A stretch of DNA of 59,858 bases, taken from NCBI GenBank assembly GCA_049515915.1, contig JBEKTP010000001.1:72855-132712 (forward strand). Direction: 5' to 3'. Below are positions 57,342 to 59,858 of this stretch, piece by piece. Numbering within the stretch: the stretch's first letter is position 1; each line of letters begins with the position of its first letter. The notes under the pieces were generated by a model, which made no database searches, was not told the DNA's origin, and saw only the letters and a list, made by a program, of their open reading frames with translations. The translations under genes and the position numbers were made by a program. This DNA comes from Patescibacteria group bacterium (GTDB taxonomy: Bacteria; Patescibacteriota; UBA1384; UBA12157; JAENIV01).

Positions 57342-57388
57342 TAAAATTTGAGTTAAAATAGCTCCTCCGTAATTTAGATACTATCGCG

Positions 57389-59242
57389 TTAGATTCTTTC
57401 AATCAAGTCTTCGGGAATATCGCCCAGGAATCGCGAGGGTTGGCTTCGGGAAACCGTGCCGTAAATCATCCGATTTTCCGCCCAGGAAAGATAGAGCCGT
57501 TTACAGGCCCGCGTCATGCCGACATAGCAAAGCCGGCGTTCTTCTTCGAGCTCGGACGGATCCATAAACGAACGGGCATGGGGGAATAGCCCCTCCTCCA
57601 TTCCAACCATAAAAACCACCGGAAACTCCAAACCTTTAGCGTTATGTAAAGTCATCAGTGTCACCGCCTCGGCGGAAGGATCATAATTATCAATATCGGA
57701 AATGAGTGAAACTTTTTCCAAGAAATCCTCCAGATTTTCCGATTGAGCGGCGACTGATTTTAATTCTTCAATGTTTTCCCAGCGCATCTCCCCTTCTTCA
57801 GTTCCATCTAAAATCCAATCTTTATAGCTGGTTTTAAAAGCGACTGAATCAATTAACCGCGCTACTTTAAAGTCTTTGACACTTTCTCTTAACTTCGTGA
57901 CCATCTCATTAAATTTTTGAATTTTGGGATTTTCATTTTGAGATTTGAGATTTGCATTTTGAGATTTATCCCCAATCCCTCTCGGTGGTACATTAATAAT
58001 TCGTTTCAGCGAAACCCTATCGTCCGGATTAGCAATAAGTTTTAGGTAGGCTAAAATATCTTTGATTTCTTTTCGCTCGTAAAACCGCAAAGCCCCGACA
58101 AGGCGGTACGGCATCGAACGCTGGAGTAGGATTTCTTCTAAAATGCGTGACTGAGCATTAGTGCGGTACAAAACAACAAAATCATTGTAAGAGCCGATAT
58201 GCTTTAAAGCATTTATTTCATCTAATATAAATTCTACTTCCTCAATATCGTTGGCTGCTTGGTAGACGGTCGCCGGCAGTCCATCTTCATTTTTCGTCCA
58301 AAGACTTTTCTCCGATCTTAAAACATTTTTTTCAATAACCTGTTGGGCGACATTAAGGATATTTTTTGTCGAGCGATAATTCTGTTCCATTTTGATAACT
58401 TTTGCTTTCGGATAGTCTTTTTCGAAGTCCAAAATGTTGCGGAAGTTAGCGCCACGGAAAGAATAAATTGATTGAAAATCGTCACCAATAACAAAAAGAT
58501 TTTGATGGCGTTCGGCCAAAAGTTTAATTAAAACATATTGGGCGTGGTTGGTGTCTTGATATTCGTCAACTAAAATATATTTAAATAAACTTTGCCAACG
58601 CCGGAGCGCTTCGGGAAACTTTTGGAAAAGTTCGACCGTTTTCATAATGATATCGTCGAAATCCAAAGCATTAGCCACTTTGAGATCTTTTTGATAACGC
58701 TCATAGACTTTTTGAATAATTTCGCCGAAATAACCCTGGGCGTAGCGTTTGTAGCCGACCGGGTTAATGAGCTCGTTTTTGGCCCCGGAAATAAAATTTT
58801 TGATCGTTCGAGGATTGTATTGTTTTTTATCAAGCTCTAAAGAGTCCATGACGTGCTTGATCGCCGAGAGCGAATCGTCTTCGTCGTAGATAGTAAAAAA
58901 CCGGCGATAGTCCAAGGCGGTGATTTCTTTACGCAGAATTTTGACGCAAACGCTATGAAATGTCCCCGCCCACGGAAGCAATTTTTGATTTGCTGTACCA
59001 AAAGCGTTCGGCCCAAGCAACTTCTGGATTCGGCCAATCATTTCTTGAGCCGCTTTATTAGTAAAGGTAGCAATTAAAACATTGTATGGCGAAACATTTT
59101 TTTCTTTGATTAAATATGCCACTCGATGTGTCAGCGCCTTAGTCTTGCCAGAGCCAGCACCCGCGAGGATAAGCACTGGCCCTTCCGTCGTTTTAACCGC
59201 CTTAATTTGTTCTGGGTTTAGACCATTAAATATAGTAGACAT
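57389..59242 (-). CDS. pcrA: UvrD/PcrA superfamily I DNA helicase
   Basis: LAGAGSGKT, VDEYQD, GDDFQSIYSFRGA, NYRST, TLHNAKGLEF, YVGMTRA. Confidence 0.96.
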   Translation of the reverse strand: MSTIFNGLNPEQIKAVKTTEGPVLILAGAGSGKTKALTHRVAYLIKEKNVSPYNVLIATFTNKAAQEMIGRIQKLLGPNAFGTANQKLLPWAGTFHSVCVKILRKEITALDYRRFFTIYDEDDSLSAIKHVMDSLELDKKQYNPRTIKNFISGAKNELINPVGYKRYAQGYFGEIIQKVYERYQKDLKVANALDFDDIIMKTVELFQKFPEALRRWQSLFKYILVDEYQDTNHAQYVLIKLLAERHQNLFVIGDDFQSIYSFRGANFRNILDFEKDYPKAKVIKMEQNYRSTKNILNVAQQVIEKNVLRSEKSLWTKNEDGLPATVYQAANDIEEVEFILDEINALKHIGSYNDFVVLYRTNAQSRILEEILLQRSMPYRLVGALRFYERKEIKDILAYLKLIANPDDRVSLKRIINVPPRGIGDKSQNANLKSQNENPKIQKFNEMVTKLRESVKDFKVARLIDSVAFKTSYKDWILDGTEEGEMRWENIEELKSVAAQSENLEDFLEKVSLISDIDNYDPSAEAVTLMTLHNAKGLEFPVVFMVGMEEGLFPHARSFMDPSELEEERRLCYVGMTRACKRLYLSWAENRMIYGTVSRSQPSRFLGDIPEDLIERI

Positions 59243-59273
59243 GACAAGTCATATTGTAACAAAATTTAGACAT

Positions 59274-59304
59274 GAGAAAAGGGCAAGGAAATCTTCCCTG
59301 CCCT
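59274..59304 (-). terminator. Rho-independent terminator upstream of pcrA
   Basis: AGGGCAGGGAA-GAU-UUCCUUGCCCU-UUUCUC. Confidence 0.75.
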
Positions 59305-59360
59305 ACAAGTGGTAACTGGAGAAACTGTAGAAACGTGGTAATGAAGCAACGGATAGCCCT
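59274..59360 (-). ncRNA. putative ~85-nt small RNA
   Basis: between promoter 59367-59395 and terminator 59274-59304; no start codon. Confidence 0.45.
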
Positions 59361-59366
59361 GACTAT

Positions 59367-59395
59367 AATTTAGCATAAAAGCACTTTTTTGTCAA
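59367..59395 (-). promoter_or_regulatory. promoter
   Basis: TTGACA-17-TAAATT with extended TG. Confidence 0.65.
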
Positions 59396-59396
59396 C

Positions 59397-59698
59397 AAAA
59401 AAGGCGCGATGGATTGCGGCCTATAATTATTTTAATATTGACCGATCCTCGCGCCTTTGTGATAAGGGCAAAGTAATTGGCTTTGTCCCTACCACAAACA
59501 TTTGTTTGTCATAAGGACTGCATTACCCTACCCGTTTTTCCTGCCGTTAGCTTGCTTTTTTTGAGGTACTTTTCGCGTTTTGTTTTTGTTTTTTTATTTT
59601 TGGATTTACGGCAGGGAGAAGATCTTGAGTATGAAAAACCCTCCTTATCTTTTCCCTAACGATTTCCCCTCCCTTATTAACGTGCGATTTGATATTAT
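59397..59698 (-). ncRNA. putative ~300-nt structured ncRNA
   Basis: strong promoter, multiple helices with minus-strand G-U pairs, 60-nt A-rich loop, terminal hairpin plus U6. Confidence 0.6.
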
Positions 59699-59704
59699 TA
59701 AAAC

Positions 59705-59733
59705 ATTATACAATAATTTTAAAGAAAAGTCAA
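59705..59733 (-). promoter_or_regulatory. strong promoter with no downstream CDS
   Basis: TTGACT-17-TATAAT with extended TG. Confidence 0.8.
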
Positions 59734-59739
59734 CCCTGC

Positions 59740-59858
59740 TGTATTCAAGAACTCAATGCAACATTATTTAATTTGTTATATTCACCCTCCAAGACCTCAC
59801 AAGGTGTTTGAAAGCCCAATATTTTTCGTGGACGATTGTTTAATTCCCAAGCAATATC
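59740..59858 (-). mobile_element. right end of an IS30-family insertion sequence
   Basis: terminal IR TGTATTCAAGAACTCAATGCAAC (59740-59762) resembles the IS30 end. Confidence 0.85.
59745..59858 (-). CDS. IS30-family transposase, C-terminal fragment
   Basis: DIAWELNNRPRKILGFQTPCEV...VALSS*, the IS30 C-terminal LNNRPRK.LG..TP motif. Confidence 0.88.
   Translation of the reverse strand, partial: DIAWELNNRPRKILGFQTPCEVLEGEYNKLNNVALSS

Noticed and set aside
59397-59698. tmRNA or T-box identity for the 300-nt RNA
   Set aside because: No T loop or CCA acceptor, no T-box motif, and the downstream gene is not an aaRS.

Overview
Chromosomal fragment of a reduced-genome bacterium, most consistent with Patescibacteria/CPR. 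The clues are a stand-alone 16S gene with short helix 44 and primer-site mismatches, shortened housekeeping proteins and a stripped rpsB-tsf-frr-rseP-proS cluster; it uses standard code 11 and retains bL9. Nearly all genes are on the minus strand: clpP, rmd/gmd, tig, a glycolysis cluster with an embedded [FeFe]-hydrogenase, uvrBAC, translation genes, gatCAB, ligA, htpX/lemA, mnmA, folD, iscSU, metG, rsmI, rsmA and pcrA. The end of an IS30 element lies at the right edge. The 16S gene is interrupted after E. coli C1397 by a branch-point-less group IIC-type intron whose LAGLIDADG ORF runs through D5/D6 and stops only in the 3' exon. The best candidate for an undescribed system is a pair of GC-rich, minus-strand cassettes (3311-4446 and 22628-23170). 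Both are closed by the same 17-19 bp terminal helix, which shows compensatory changes between the copies. Each carries a tRNA-like domain with an aberrant anticodon arm followed by a densely structured RNA, and the first also carries four small ORFs. Two more promoter/terminator-bounded non-coding transcripts sit upstream of pcrA. All structures were folded by eye and all family assignments are from recognised motifs; no searches were run.
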